Part shown: in pieces, positions 17,941-26,004 of the stretch
Numbering within the stretch: position 1 is the stretch's first letter
How the letters are laid out: every line of letters starts with the position of its first letter
DNA from: Bacteroidota bacterium
Lineage (GTDB): Bacteria; Bacteroidota; Ignavibacteria; Ch128b
Assembly (NCBI GenBank): GCA_018828505.1
Contig: JAHJVF010000028.1
Span: 1 to 40,805 of the forward strand
Length of the DNA stretch: 40,805 nucleotides
Direction of reading: 5' to 3'
Notes under the pieces: model-generated
Database searches by the model: none
The model's input: only the letters and a program-made list of their open reading frames with translations
What the model was told of the DNA's origin: nothing
Position numbers and translations under genes: made by a program

Positions 17941-19218
17941 ATGAATAAATATTTTTATAAATGCTTCAACTGTTCATCTCAATTCACTGCTGATGAAATT
18001 GAGTCCGAAGGATCCTTTGGAAAAGAAAGAATCTATCTCTGTCCCAAATGCGGTCAAGCAGAGAAAAATCAACCGCTGAAGGGAGTATTGCTTGTTGAAT
18101 ACGACTACGAAAATCTAAAGCGAAGTAGGAGTAGAGATGAGTTCCTTAAAATCCCATGTGGTAAATTCTGGCGTTATTCCGATCTATGGCCGATTCGGTC
18201 ATTTGAAAAAATAATTCCTCAATCAAAACTTGAAAGAATTTCGCTGACTCATGATCCGCTTCTTGAGTTTGATTACACCGGGAGAAAAATTTTTGTTTTC
18301 GACGATACGCGCAATCCCACTCTCTCATATAAAGATCGAGCAACAAGTTTGGTTGTGTTAAAAGCCATCGAGTTAGGTATAAACGAGATTGCCGCCGCAT
18401 CAACAGGCAATGCAGGTTCATCACTTGCGGGAATTTGTGCAAGACTCGGACTCAAATCACATATCTTTGTTCCTGAAAATATTCCTTCTGCAAAAAGGAT
18501 TCAAATCCAATCATTTGGTGCAAATCTATATTTAGTGAAAGGAGATTACGATCAAGCATTCGATTTGTGTCTTGAAATAAGCCGAATGAAAAATTGGTAT
18601 AATCGAAACACCGCTTATAATCCTATGACGATTGAAGGGAAAAAATCTGCGGCATTTGATATTTTCATTTCGATGAAAGGAATAATTCCGGATAAAATTT
18701 TTGTGCCGGTTGGTGATGGTGTCATCATATCGGGATTGTACAAAGGATTCACCGAACTTCTCAAATTAGGATGGATTGAAAAGCTTCCACAATTAATTGC
18801 AGTTCAAGCAGAAGGAAGCAATGCCGTTGTTCGTTATGTTCAGACTGGAAAATTTGAATATCAGCCTGCCTCCACAATTGCGGACAGTATTCATGCCGGC
18901 GCACCGAGAAATCTTTATATGGCTGCTCATGCAGTCACAACGAGTTTAGGTACTGCAATTTCAGTTTCCGATGAAGAAATTCTTTCGGCTCAAAAATCGA
19001 TTGCACAAAATTTCGGAATCATTGCCGAACCTTCATCTGCTGCATCTTTTGCTGGGTATGAAAAGTTTGTTCGAAGCGGGAGTATTTCAGCAAACGAAAA
19101 TGTTTTGCTCATGCTAACCGGGAATGGATTGAAAGATACATCAGCACTTTCTAAATGGAACGATGAACCTGTTTCAAAATCCACAGATGAGTGGAAAAAG
19201 TTATTTTTAAGTGAGTAA
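17941..19218 (+). CDS. Threonine-synthase-like fold-type II PLP enzyme with an N-terminal zinc-ribbon
   Basis: CFNCSSQF...CPKCG zinc ribbon, LSYKDRATS PLP-lysine motif and ASTGNAGSSLA glycine loop. Confidence 0.75.
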   Translation: MNKYFYKCFNCSSQFTADEIESEGSFGKERIYLCPKCGQAEKNQPLKGVLLVEYDYENLKRSRSRDEFLKIPCGKFWRYSDLWPIRSFEKIIPQSKLERISLTHDPLLEFDYTGRKIFVFDDTRNPTLSYKDRATSLVVLKAIELGINEIAAASTGNAGSSLAGICARLGLKSHIFVPENIPSAKRIQIQSFGANLYLVKGDYDQAFDLCLEISRMKNWYNRNTAYNPMTIEGKKSAAFDIFISMKGIIPDKIFVPVGDGVIISGLYKGFTELLKLGWIEKLPQLIAVQAEGSNAVVRYVQTGKFEYQPASTIADSIHAGAPRNLYMAAHAVTTSLGTAISVSDEEILSAQKSIAQNFGIIAEPSSAASFAGYEKFVRSGSISANENVLLMLTGNGLKDTSALSKWNDEPVSKSTDEWKKLFLSE

Positions 19219-19867
19219 CAGTAAACCAAAAATAAGCGGATTGCTTGCATGTGCCGGCAAATCTGAAAGGATCGGAAGTCCAAAACCTTTGTTAATGTAC
19301 AGAGGGTTGCCTTTTTGTGTTTTAATACTTGCAAAGATGAATCTAATTTGTGAAAGAATTGTTGTTGTGATTGGTCACAAAGCTGATGAGGTTAGAAGAG
19401 AACTGGAAAAATATTTATCGGATGTTGCTAAACTTGAACGAGAGCTTCGGGACGATTCACTGATTAACCACATTTCGGAGATGCATAACAAAGTTGAGAT
19501 CATTTTAAATGAAAATTACGAACTCGGTATGTTTTCTTCTTTACAATGCGGAATTGAAAAAGTGAGCGATACTGATTGGGTGCTATATCATTTTACAGAT
19601 CAACCGACACTTCCAGTTTCATTTTATTTTGATTTGGTGGGGCAGCTTGATAATAAATTCGATTGGATCCAGCCCAGATTTAACGCGCAAAATGGACATC
19701 CTATTTTCTTAAATCATGAGTTATTTCAAAGAATCATTTTCAGTCCTCGAAATTCAGACTTACAAAAACTGACTTCATACAAAAGCTGTAAAAAGAAGTA
19801 TTGGGATTGCCCTTATCCGCAAGTTCTTGACGATATTGATACACCGAAAGATTTTTTTTCAATTTGA
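19211..19867 (+). CDS. mocA: MocA/YgfJ-type nucleotidyltransferase (molybdenum cofactor cytidylyltransferase-like)
   Basis: GLLACAGKSERIGSPKPLL matches the MobA/MocA N-terminal signature. GTG start overlapping the upstream stop by 8 nt. Confidence 0.7.
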   Translation: MSNSKPKISGLLACAGKSERIGSPKPLLMYRGLPFCVLILAKMNLICERIVVVIGHKADEVRRELEKYLSDVAKLERELRDDSLINHISEMHNKVEIILNENYELGMFSSLQCGIEKVSDTDWVLYHFTDQPTLPVSFYFDLVGQLDNKFDWIQPRFNAQNGHPIFLNHELFQRIIFSPRNSDLQKLTSYKSCKKKYWDCPYPQVLDDIDTPKDFFSI

Positions 19868-19884
19868 AATCAGCACATCAATAA

Positions 19885-20718
19885 ATGCAAATAGAAAAGC
19901 ACATATATGAGTTAAAGCAAAATAATCTTCCGTTTGTTGCAGCAACAGTTGTAAAAGAGATTGGTTCTGTTCCCGGGAAAGTTGGTTTTAAAATTGTTGT
20001 TCAATCGGAAAAAGAATTTTATGGTACGGTCGGCGGCGGCGCAATTGAATTGGAAGTAATTCAAGAATCGGTTGAAAGAATGAAATCCGGTGAAAGCGGG
20101 ACTAAAGAATATCTTCTATCTAAAAATCCGAAAGACGTTGATGGCGAAGTCAAAACTCTCCCGATGAATTGCAGCGGAAGAGTGTGGATTTACTATGAAG
20201 TTCATGGTTCACTTTCAACATTATATTTATTCGGCGGCGGACATGTCGGAAATGCTTTGCTATATTATCTGAAACCTTTGAACTTTCACACAATTCTAAT
20301 TGATAACCGTCCGGAGTACGCTAACACAGAAAAGAATCCAAATGCAAATGAAATTCATTTATCGGACTACCTCGAGTTTGCGGCGAAATTTCAACCTAAC
20401 GAAAAATCATTTACTGTAATTATGACTCACGGACATAACTTCGATTATTTAATTCTTCAAAAACTTTTTGAGAGAAAATTAATATTCAAATATATTGGTG
20501 TGATTGCGTCAAAAACGAAAGCAACTGCGATTGTGAAAGATTTGAAAAAGGGATTTTCCAAAGGATCTCCGAAGGAGTCTGTGACCTTCGGAGGCGATGA
20601 TCTTAATCTTAGTATGCTTCATTCACCGATTGGATTAAATATTGGAGGTACATCTGCCTCAGAGATTGCCCTCTCTGTTGTGGCTGAAATTCAAAAGGTT
20701 AAGTACGAGAAAAGCTAA
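19885..20718 (+). CDS. XdhC/CoxI-family molybdenum hydroxylase maturation factor (YqeB-like, short form)
   Basis: N-terminal XdhC_CoxI-like GSVPGKVGFKIVV...GTVGGG. Rossmann-like LFGGGHVGNAL. C-terminal HSPIGLNIGGTSASEIALSVVAEI. Confidence 0.8.
   Translation: MQIEKHIYELKQNNLPFVAATVVKEIGSVPGKVGFKIVVQSEKEFYGTVGGGAIELEVIQESVERMKSGESGTKEYLLSKNPKDVDGEVKTLPMNCSGRVWIYYEVHGSLSTLYLFGGGHVGNALLYYLKPLNFHTILIDNRPEYANTEKNPNANEIHLSDYLEFAAKFQPNEKSFTVIMTHGHNFDYLILQKLFERKLIFKYIGVIASKTKATAIVKDLKKGFSKGSPKESVTFGGDDLNLSMLHSPIGLNIGGTSASEIALSVVAEIQKVKYEKS
20567..20593. repeat. CCGAAGG/CCTTCGG-family hairpin inside the xdhC-like CDS (CTCCGAAGG agtctgtga CCTTCGGAG)
   Basis: Perfect 9-bp arms inside the ORF, encoding part of SKGSPKESVTFGG. 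Confidence 0.75.
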
Positions 20719-20774
20719 TCGATACTACTGAAAGTTGTTAATTGGACCAAATTTATAAGAAAAAATGTTCTGAT

Positions 20775-20929
20775 AAACCCAATGAGATTCAGAAGTCTAT
20801 CTTTTAATACAGCTTAATGTCATGATTTAAACTGTTAAAAAATTATTGGGTCATGAAGAACTTTCAACAACTCAAATTTATAGTCACCCTCAACAACAAA
20901 ATTTAAGGGATGCTGTAAATCTTTTATAA
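20775..20929 (+). pseudogene. Tyrosine recombinase/integrase C-terminal remnant
   Basis: 20843-20929 translates to LLGHEELSTTQIYSHPQQQNLRDAVNLL*, the canonical LLGH..(S/T)TxxYxH integrase C-terminus with the catalytic Tyr context. The upstream frames are broken by stops. Confidence 0.75.
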
Positions 20930-21051
20930 CCTTTAGTATGAGTATGATAAAACATTTTCCCAACAATTATACGTTGGCGCAGTTGATTTCGACTGGACAA
21001 TATTTTATACTTAACACAAGCAAGTGAAGCTAATTACTAAATGTTGGCACA

Positions 21052-21596
21052 ATGATACAACGCAGCCAAAACCAAACAAACAGCGGCATAATTGAAAAGT
21101 ATTGTTATAACAATGACACTAATAATTGTAATACTTACTGTGGTTTATACCAATGGAATGAAGCAATGCAATATGTAACAACCCCTAGTGCGCAAGGAAT
21201 ATGCCCTAATGGTTGGCACATCCCAACAAAAGCAGAATTTGAAAAATTAGCAAACACAGTTGATAATGATGGTAATGCATTGAAAGCAATAGGGCAAGGA
21301 ACTGGAAGCGGAGCTGGCACAGACACAAGCGGATTTTCCGCATTGTTGGCGGGCAGCCGCAATTTACCCCGTTGGATATATTTAAGTGCGTATCTAATGT
21401 TTGAATAAATAGAATATCCAACGGGGCAGGCAATGGTAGCTTCAGTTATTTAAGTTTCAATACTTACTTTTGGAGTTCCCCGGGGTTAGATGCTACTCGC
21501 TCATTCGACATGTACCTGAGTTACGATGATAGTGGTATCTACTTCTACAACTACGTTAAGTATAACGGTTTCAGTGTTCGCTGCGTTAAGGATTAA
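21052..21596 (+). pseudogene. FISUMP (Fibrobacter succinogenes major paralogous) domain protein: 5'-truncated and interrupted by a 62-nt hairpin insertion
   Basis: CYNNDTNNCNTYCGLYQWNEAM...CPNGWHIPTKAEFEKL...SGFSALLAGSRN is in one frame. GNGSFSYLSFNTYFWSS...YNGFSVRCVKD* is in another frame from 21429. Removing 21365-21426 restores ...GSRNSGNGSF.... Confidence 0.75.
21365..21426. mobile_element. MITE-like hairpin insertion with 13-bp perfect terminal inverted repeats CCCCGTTGGATAT / ATATCCAACGGGG
   Basis: Arms at 21367-21379 and 21414-21426. The right arm is identical to 31038-31050. Removing the element repairs the reading frame of the FISUMP gene. Confidence 0.65.
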
Positions 21597-21734
21597 AGAA
21601 AAGTGTAGAGTGAGGAGTCTAGAATGAAAAATGGTGGAGTATAAAAAGTAGAATTCTGCTAATATTGATTATTACCTATACATCAACTAATTTTGCGGTA
21701 AATGTCCAATAATAATGGACAATGACTGCATATA

Positions 21735-22385
21735 ATGAGCATAATCCAAGAAATACGAGAGAAAATATCTCAAGAAATTTTTAACCACACTCAGGTTCTT
21801 GATATTCTAAGAGATTACAGTAAACCAAGAGATGTTATAAGTAATCTGCTCAGGCGAGGAGATATTATCCGCATTAGAAAAGGGCTATATGTGTTTGGAA
21901 AGTTCTGGCGGCGGTATCAATTCAACAAGGAGCTATTGGCTAACCTGATTTACGGTCCATCTATAATTAGTCTTGATTATGTCCTATCAATTTCTGGATT
22001 GATACCGGAAAGTGTTTCAACATTAACATCCATCACAACGGGAAGATCGCGCATCTTCGAAACTCCAGTAGGAAGATACTCTTATAAGCAGCTCAACAAA
22101 GAACGGTTCTCTTATGGATCAGAATTGCACAAAACTGATACCGGAAGTTATTTCGCCGCAAATCCATTAAAAGCATTAGCTGATAAAATCTGGTTAGATA
22201 AAAGATTTAAGCCGATATCCCCTTCATCTTATGCCGAATATCTTTTTGACGATCTCAGAATTGATGAAAAGATTTTAGAAGAATATCTCAATGCAGTTAA
22301 GCTCGATGAACTTGAAAAGGTTTATTCTTCCCGTAAAATTAGTTGGTTCATTGCATTTCTTAAGAAAGAATTCCGTATCGTATGA
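21735..22385 (+). CDS. abiEi: AbiEi-family type IV TA antitoxin / transcriptional regulator
   Basis: 216 aa with an N-terminal wHTH-like segment LRRGDIIRIRKGLYVFG. Overlaps (ATGA) the downstream AbiEii-type gene. Confidence 0.7.
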   Translation: MSIIQEIREKISQEIFNHTQVLDILRDYSKPRDVISNLLRRGDIIRIRKGLYVFGKFWRRYQFNKELLANLIYGPSIISLDYVLSISGLIPESVSTLTSITTGRSRIFETPVGRYSYKQLNKERFSYGSELHKTDTGSYFAANPLKALADKIWLDKRFKPISPSSYAEYLFDDLRIDEKILEEYLNAVKLDELEKVYSSRKISWFIAFLKKEFRIV

Positions 22386-23248
22386 ACGAATTATTAAAAC
22401 AGCTAATAACGAAACCTCTCCCAAATTCCGAGATAGAAATATTAAGGTTATTAAGAGAAACATTACAATCATTATCTTTACTTGGTCTTTGGCGTGCAAA
22501 CTTTTTTGAGCATGCAGCTTTTTATGGCGGAACAGCTTTAAGAATTCTTTACGGCTTAGATCGTTATTCGGAAGATTTAGATTTTTCATTACTGAATCCC
22601 TCGCATAATTTTTCTTTTGAAAAATATAGAGATTCTATTATTAGAGAATTGGGAGCGTTTGGCTTCAATGTCGAATTCGATGTTAAGAAGAAGAGTGCTG
22701 TCTCTCAGATTGAATCGGCTTTTATTAAAACTAATACTTTTAAGCAATTAATGATAATAGAAGCGCCCGAGCGGATAATATCTAACATCGACAAAAGAAC
22801 TGTTCTAAAAATAAAATTAGAAGTAGATACAAACCCGCCTCCTGATTTCGATACTGAAATGCAATATGTTTTTTCACCTTTACAATTTGCAGTGCGGACA
22901 TTTACTCTTCCATCATTATTCGCTGGTAAAATGCATGCAGTACTTTGCAGAAAATGGAAATCTCGCGTTAAAGGACGCGATTGGTACGATTTTGCCTGGT
23001 ATGTATCGCATCATCCTAAACTCAATCTCAAACATCTTGAATCCCGAATGAGAGATTCCGGTGATTATCAAGAAACTGCTCCTTTACTCAAGGAAACATT
23101 TCTTAGAATGCTGAATGATGCCATTGAACAGTTTGACGTAAAGAAAGCAAAAGAAGAAGTTGAACCATTTGTAAATGACAAACGTTCACTCGAAATATGG
23201 TCTAAAGATTTCTTTAAAGCGGCAGTAAATAAAATAGAGGTTATTTAA
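22382..23248 (+). CDS. abiEii: AbiEii/AbiGii-family nucleotidyltransferase toxin (DUF1814)
   Basis: FYGGTALRILYGLDRYSEDLDFS is the signature nucleotidyltransferase motif of AbiEii. Confidence 0.85.
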   Translation: MNELLKQLITKPLPNSEIEILRLLRETLQSLSLLGLWRANFFEHAAFYGGTALRILYGLDRYSEDLDFSLLNPSHNFSFEKYRDSIIRELGAFGFNVEFDVKKKSAVSQIESAFIKTNTFKQLMIIEAPERIISNIDKRTVLKIKLEVDTNPPPDFDTEMQYVFSPLQFAVRTFTLPSLFAGKMHAVLCRKWKSRVKGRDWYDFAWYVSHHPKLNLKHLESRMRDSGDYQETAPLLKETFLRMLNDAIEQFDVKKAKEEVEPFVNDKRSLEIWSKDFFKAAVNKIEVI

Positions 23249-23306
23249 TGGCTCAATTCAAAGTTGATTGCATAATAAATCGGCATTTGCTTAAGAAGGT
23301 TTTTGA

Positions 23307-24614
23307 ATGAATAAAAAAATATTACTTGTAATTACGTTTGCATGCTTGAATACGGCCAATTTCGCTCAGCAAATTAAAATTGATATTACCAATACAGTAT
23401 CTACAAAAGCTGCACTTTTTTCTTTAAACGGTGAGAGGTTCTCTTTTGTAGATTCAATTTTTACTTCAGCACCGGGAAAGTTTAATTATTCTGATAAAAA
23501 TTTAATACATGGATTTTATCGTCTCTCTTTTGACGTACAAAAATCAATTACTTTATTACATGACGGCGAAGAAGTTGAGATAACTGCAAACGCAGAAAAC
23601 ATTTCCGAGTCCATTCATATTGTGACTTCAGTAAGTAACAAATTTTATTTTAAATTTTTAAACCTAAGTAAGTCATATAAAACAAAAACAGAATTGCTTC
23701 AACTTATTTTAGCCCGTTATCCAAAAGATGATGACTATTATAAAATCACTCAAGAAAAATTTGTACAGCTGCAAAAAGAATATTCAGAATTTGTAGAGAA
23801 CTCAATAAAATCGAATCCAAATTCATTCATCGCTCGTTACATCCAATCAGCTCGACTACCAATTGTTGTCTTTAACTTACCATTAGATAAACAGCGCGTC
23901 TTTCTCAAAACTCACGCTTTAGATAATCTGAACTTCAATGATGCTCAGCTAATCTACTCAGATGCTTTCACCAATAAAACAATCGAGTACTTAACATATT
24001 ACCGCAATCCTCAATTACCAATGGATCTGCTTGAAAAAGAATTTATTTTTGCAGTGGATACAATTTTGAATAAAGCGAAAGTCAATCAAATCGTTTATCA
24101 ACATATAGTTGAATATCTGATCGATGGTTTCAAGAAGTTCGGTTTTGATAAAGTGATTGATTACATAGTTGAGAATTACGTGATAAAAGATGATCTGTGT
24201 CTTGATGCAAAAACAGAAAGTTCCATTCAAAGACGAATAGATCAAAGCAAAAAACTGTCGGTCGGTGTGGTCGTACCAAATATCAAATTGCAAAGTGCTG
24301 ATGGAAAGGAGATTGACCTTTCAAAAATTAAATCAGATAAAGTTTTAATTCTATTCTATGCAAGCTGGTGCCCGCACTGTCAAACATTACTGCCTCAGAT
24401 TTTTGGATTGTACAATTCTCAAAAAGTTAGGAAAACCGAAGTACTTGCAATTTCTATCGATACGAGCAAAGCTGACTGGTTGAATTTTATAAAAACATAT
24501 AATTTAAATTGGCTAAACGTTTCTGACCTAATGGGTTGGGAAGGTAAAGCAGCAACCGATTATTTCATCTACGCTACACCTACAATGTTTCTTATAGATA
24601 GCGAAAAAAAATAA
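23307..24614 (+). CDS. TlpA/AhpC-TSA-like thioredoxin-fold protein with a long N-terminal domain and a signal peptide
   Basis: FYASWCPHCQ CxxC motif in the C-terminal thioredoxin fold. The stop lies immediately after an A8 run; see findings. Confidence 0.75.
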   Translation: MNKKILLVITFACLNTANFAQQIKIDITNTVSTKAALFSLNGERFSFVDSIFTSAPGKFNYSDKNLIHGFYRLSFDVQKSITLLHDGEEVEITANAENISESIHIVTSVSNKFYFKFLNLSKSYKTKTELLQLILARYPKDDDYYKITQEKFVQLQKEYSEFVENSIKSNPNSFIARYIQSARLPIVVFNLPLDKQRVFLKTHALDNLNFNDAQLIYSDAFTNKTIEYLTYYRNPQLPMDLLEKEFIFAVDTILNKAKVNQIVYQHIVEYLIDGFKKFGFDKVIDYIVENYVIKDDLCLDAKTESSIQRRIDQSKKLSVGVVVPNIKLQSADGKEIDLSKIKSDKVLILFYASWCPHCQTLLPQIFGLYNSQKVRKTEVLAISIDTSKADWLNFIKTYNLNWLNVSDLMGWEGKAATDYFIYATPTMFLIDSEKK

Positions 24615-24698
24615 TTGCCAAACCTACAAATATTGATGAATTAAAACAGTTATTTTAAAAAGCCTATAATAGCTTAGATTTTTTTAAGTTCTGGGCAC

Positions 24699-24805
24699 CT
24701 CTAAAAACTGAAAGTGATTTCTTTTTTATCTGCGGTAATCAGCGAAATCAGCGGGAAATATTCTCCCGCAGATTACGCAGATGTTCGCAGAATAGGTTTT
24801 TAGAG
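24699..24805. repeat. Nested hairpin built from 9-nt units (ATCTGCGGT AATCAGCGA AATCAGCGG ... CCGCAGATT ACGCAGATG TTCGCAGAA) inside a 10-bp outer stem CTCTAAAAAC / GTTTTTAGAG
   Basis: Arms read directly. Central GCGGGA-aatattc-TCCCGC hairpin at 24751-24769. Lies downstream of the TlpA-like gene and may act as a terminator. Confidence 0.7.
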
Positions 24806-25113
24806 ATAACCTTCTCTTTTTATTTCAATCCGTTTTGGACTATTTGGACGCATTGACACAATCCCCACTCTTTTTCATTCCGAATTATTTCTTCAATTTT
24901 ATTTTTGCTTATTCGTCTCTGCAATTATATCATACTAAATTATACTAATGATTTGGCCAAATTTTCATTAAATTATATCTGAGATTAGCATCCGAAAATA
25001 GAGACACTGTAAAAATATTTTGTTTGAAGAGGAAAAATATTCTTGATAGATTTAGTGGCAAATACAATCTCTAAGTATAGACCTAAGTTCATTTAAAATC
25101 TTACAGCAGCATT

Positions 25114-26004
25114 ATGGCAAAACTAAAAAAATTCGGGACCTTTGGCGGAGTATTTACTCCCTCAATTCTAACAATACTTGGCGTAATAATGTATCTCCGT
25201 TTGCCATGGATAGTGGGGCAGGCGGGATTGATTTCAACTATAGGTATTGTTTTGCTCGCCCATTTGATTTCGGTTTCTACCGGACTTAGTGTCTCATCCA
25301 TTGCAACGGATAAAAAAGTTAAAGCCGGTGGAACTTACTATATGATTTCTCGAAGTCTCGGACTTCCAATCGGAGGGACTTTGGGACTGGCTTTATTCGT
25401 GGGGTTATCATTCAGCGTAAGTCTTTATTTAATTGGTTTTTCAGAAAGTTTTTTGAACTACTGGGGTTTTGAGGTTACAAAAAATTCTATTCGCCTTGCG
25501 GGTACGCTAATTTTAATTACCGTTACTGTAATTACATTTATCAGCACATCTCTCGCAATTAAGACGCAATATTTTATAATGACGGCAATTGCTTTGTCGC
25601 TTCTTTCTTTGCTTTTCGGTAATCATAATTATACCCCAACCGAGCCATTGATTTATCCACTCGAAACCGCCGCACCTTTTATAGTTTTGTTCGGGATTTT
25701 CTTTCCCGCTGTTACAGGTTTTGAAGCTGGAGTTTCAATGTCGGGAGATTTACAAAACCCCAAGAAATCTATTCCGACGGGAATAATTTCTGCTATCGCG
25801 ATTGGATTGATCGCTTATTTGGGATTAGCTTTTTTCTTCACTTATTATGTTTCTTCCGATCTGTTATTCAACGACCCGAATGCATTTAACTTTTATTATT
25901 GCGGAAGCCGGAATACTGATTGGCGATCTCGATGTGATTGCACGGATCGTTTCAATGTTCTTTATTACTACTTATGGATTTCTGAACTTAAGCTGCGCGG
26001 CTGA
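25114..26004 (+). CDS. N-terminal fragment (TM1-TM7) of an SLC12/cation-chloride-cotransporter-like APC permease; the frame is lost near 25890
   Basis: [33 protein letters not shown] and [26 protein letters not shown] match CCC family TM1 and TM6 signatures. The last roughly 38 aa of this ORF are out-of-frame nonsense. Confidence 0.75.
   Translation: MAKLKKFGTFGGVFTPSILTILGVIMYLRLPWIVGQAGLISTIGIVLLAHLISVSTGLSVSSIATDKKVKAGGTYYMISRSLGLPIGGTLGLALFVGLSFSVSLYLIGFSESFLNYWGFEVTKNSIRLAGTLILITVTVITFISTSLAIKTQYFIMTAIALSLLSLLFGNHNYTPTEPLIYPLETAAPFIVLFGIFFPAVTGFEAGVSMSGDLQNPKKSIPTGIISAIAIGLIAYLGLAFFFTYYVSSDLLFNDPNAFNFYYCGSRNTDWRSRCDCTDRFNVLYYYLWISELKLRG

Noticed and set aside
5344-20718. Selenocysteine recoding (in-frame TGA plus SECIS) in the selenium-linked cluster
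   Set aside because: All cluster ORFs are continuous at the expected lengths, with no in-frame TGA interruption. This fits the labile selenium-cofactor model rather than Sec incorporation, so there is nothing to report.
20930-21051. Possible upstream continuation of the FISUMP gene, or a promoter for it
   Set aside because: All three frames contain stops. No signal peptide or lipobox could be reconstructed, which fits a 5'-truncated pseudogene.
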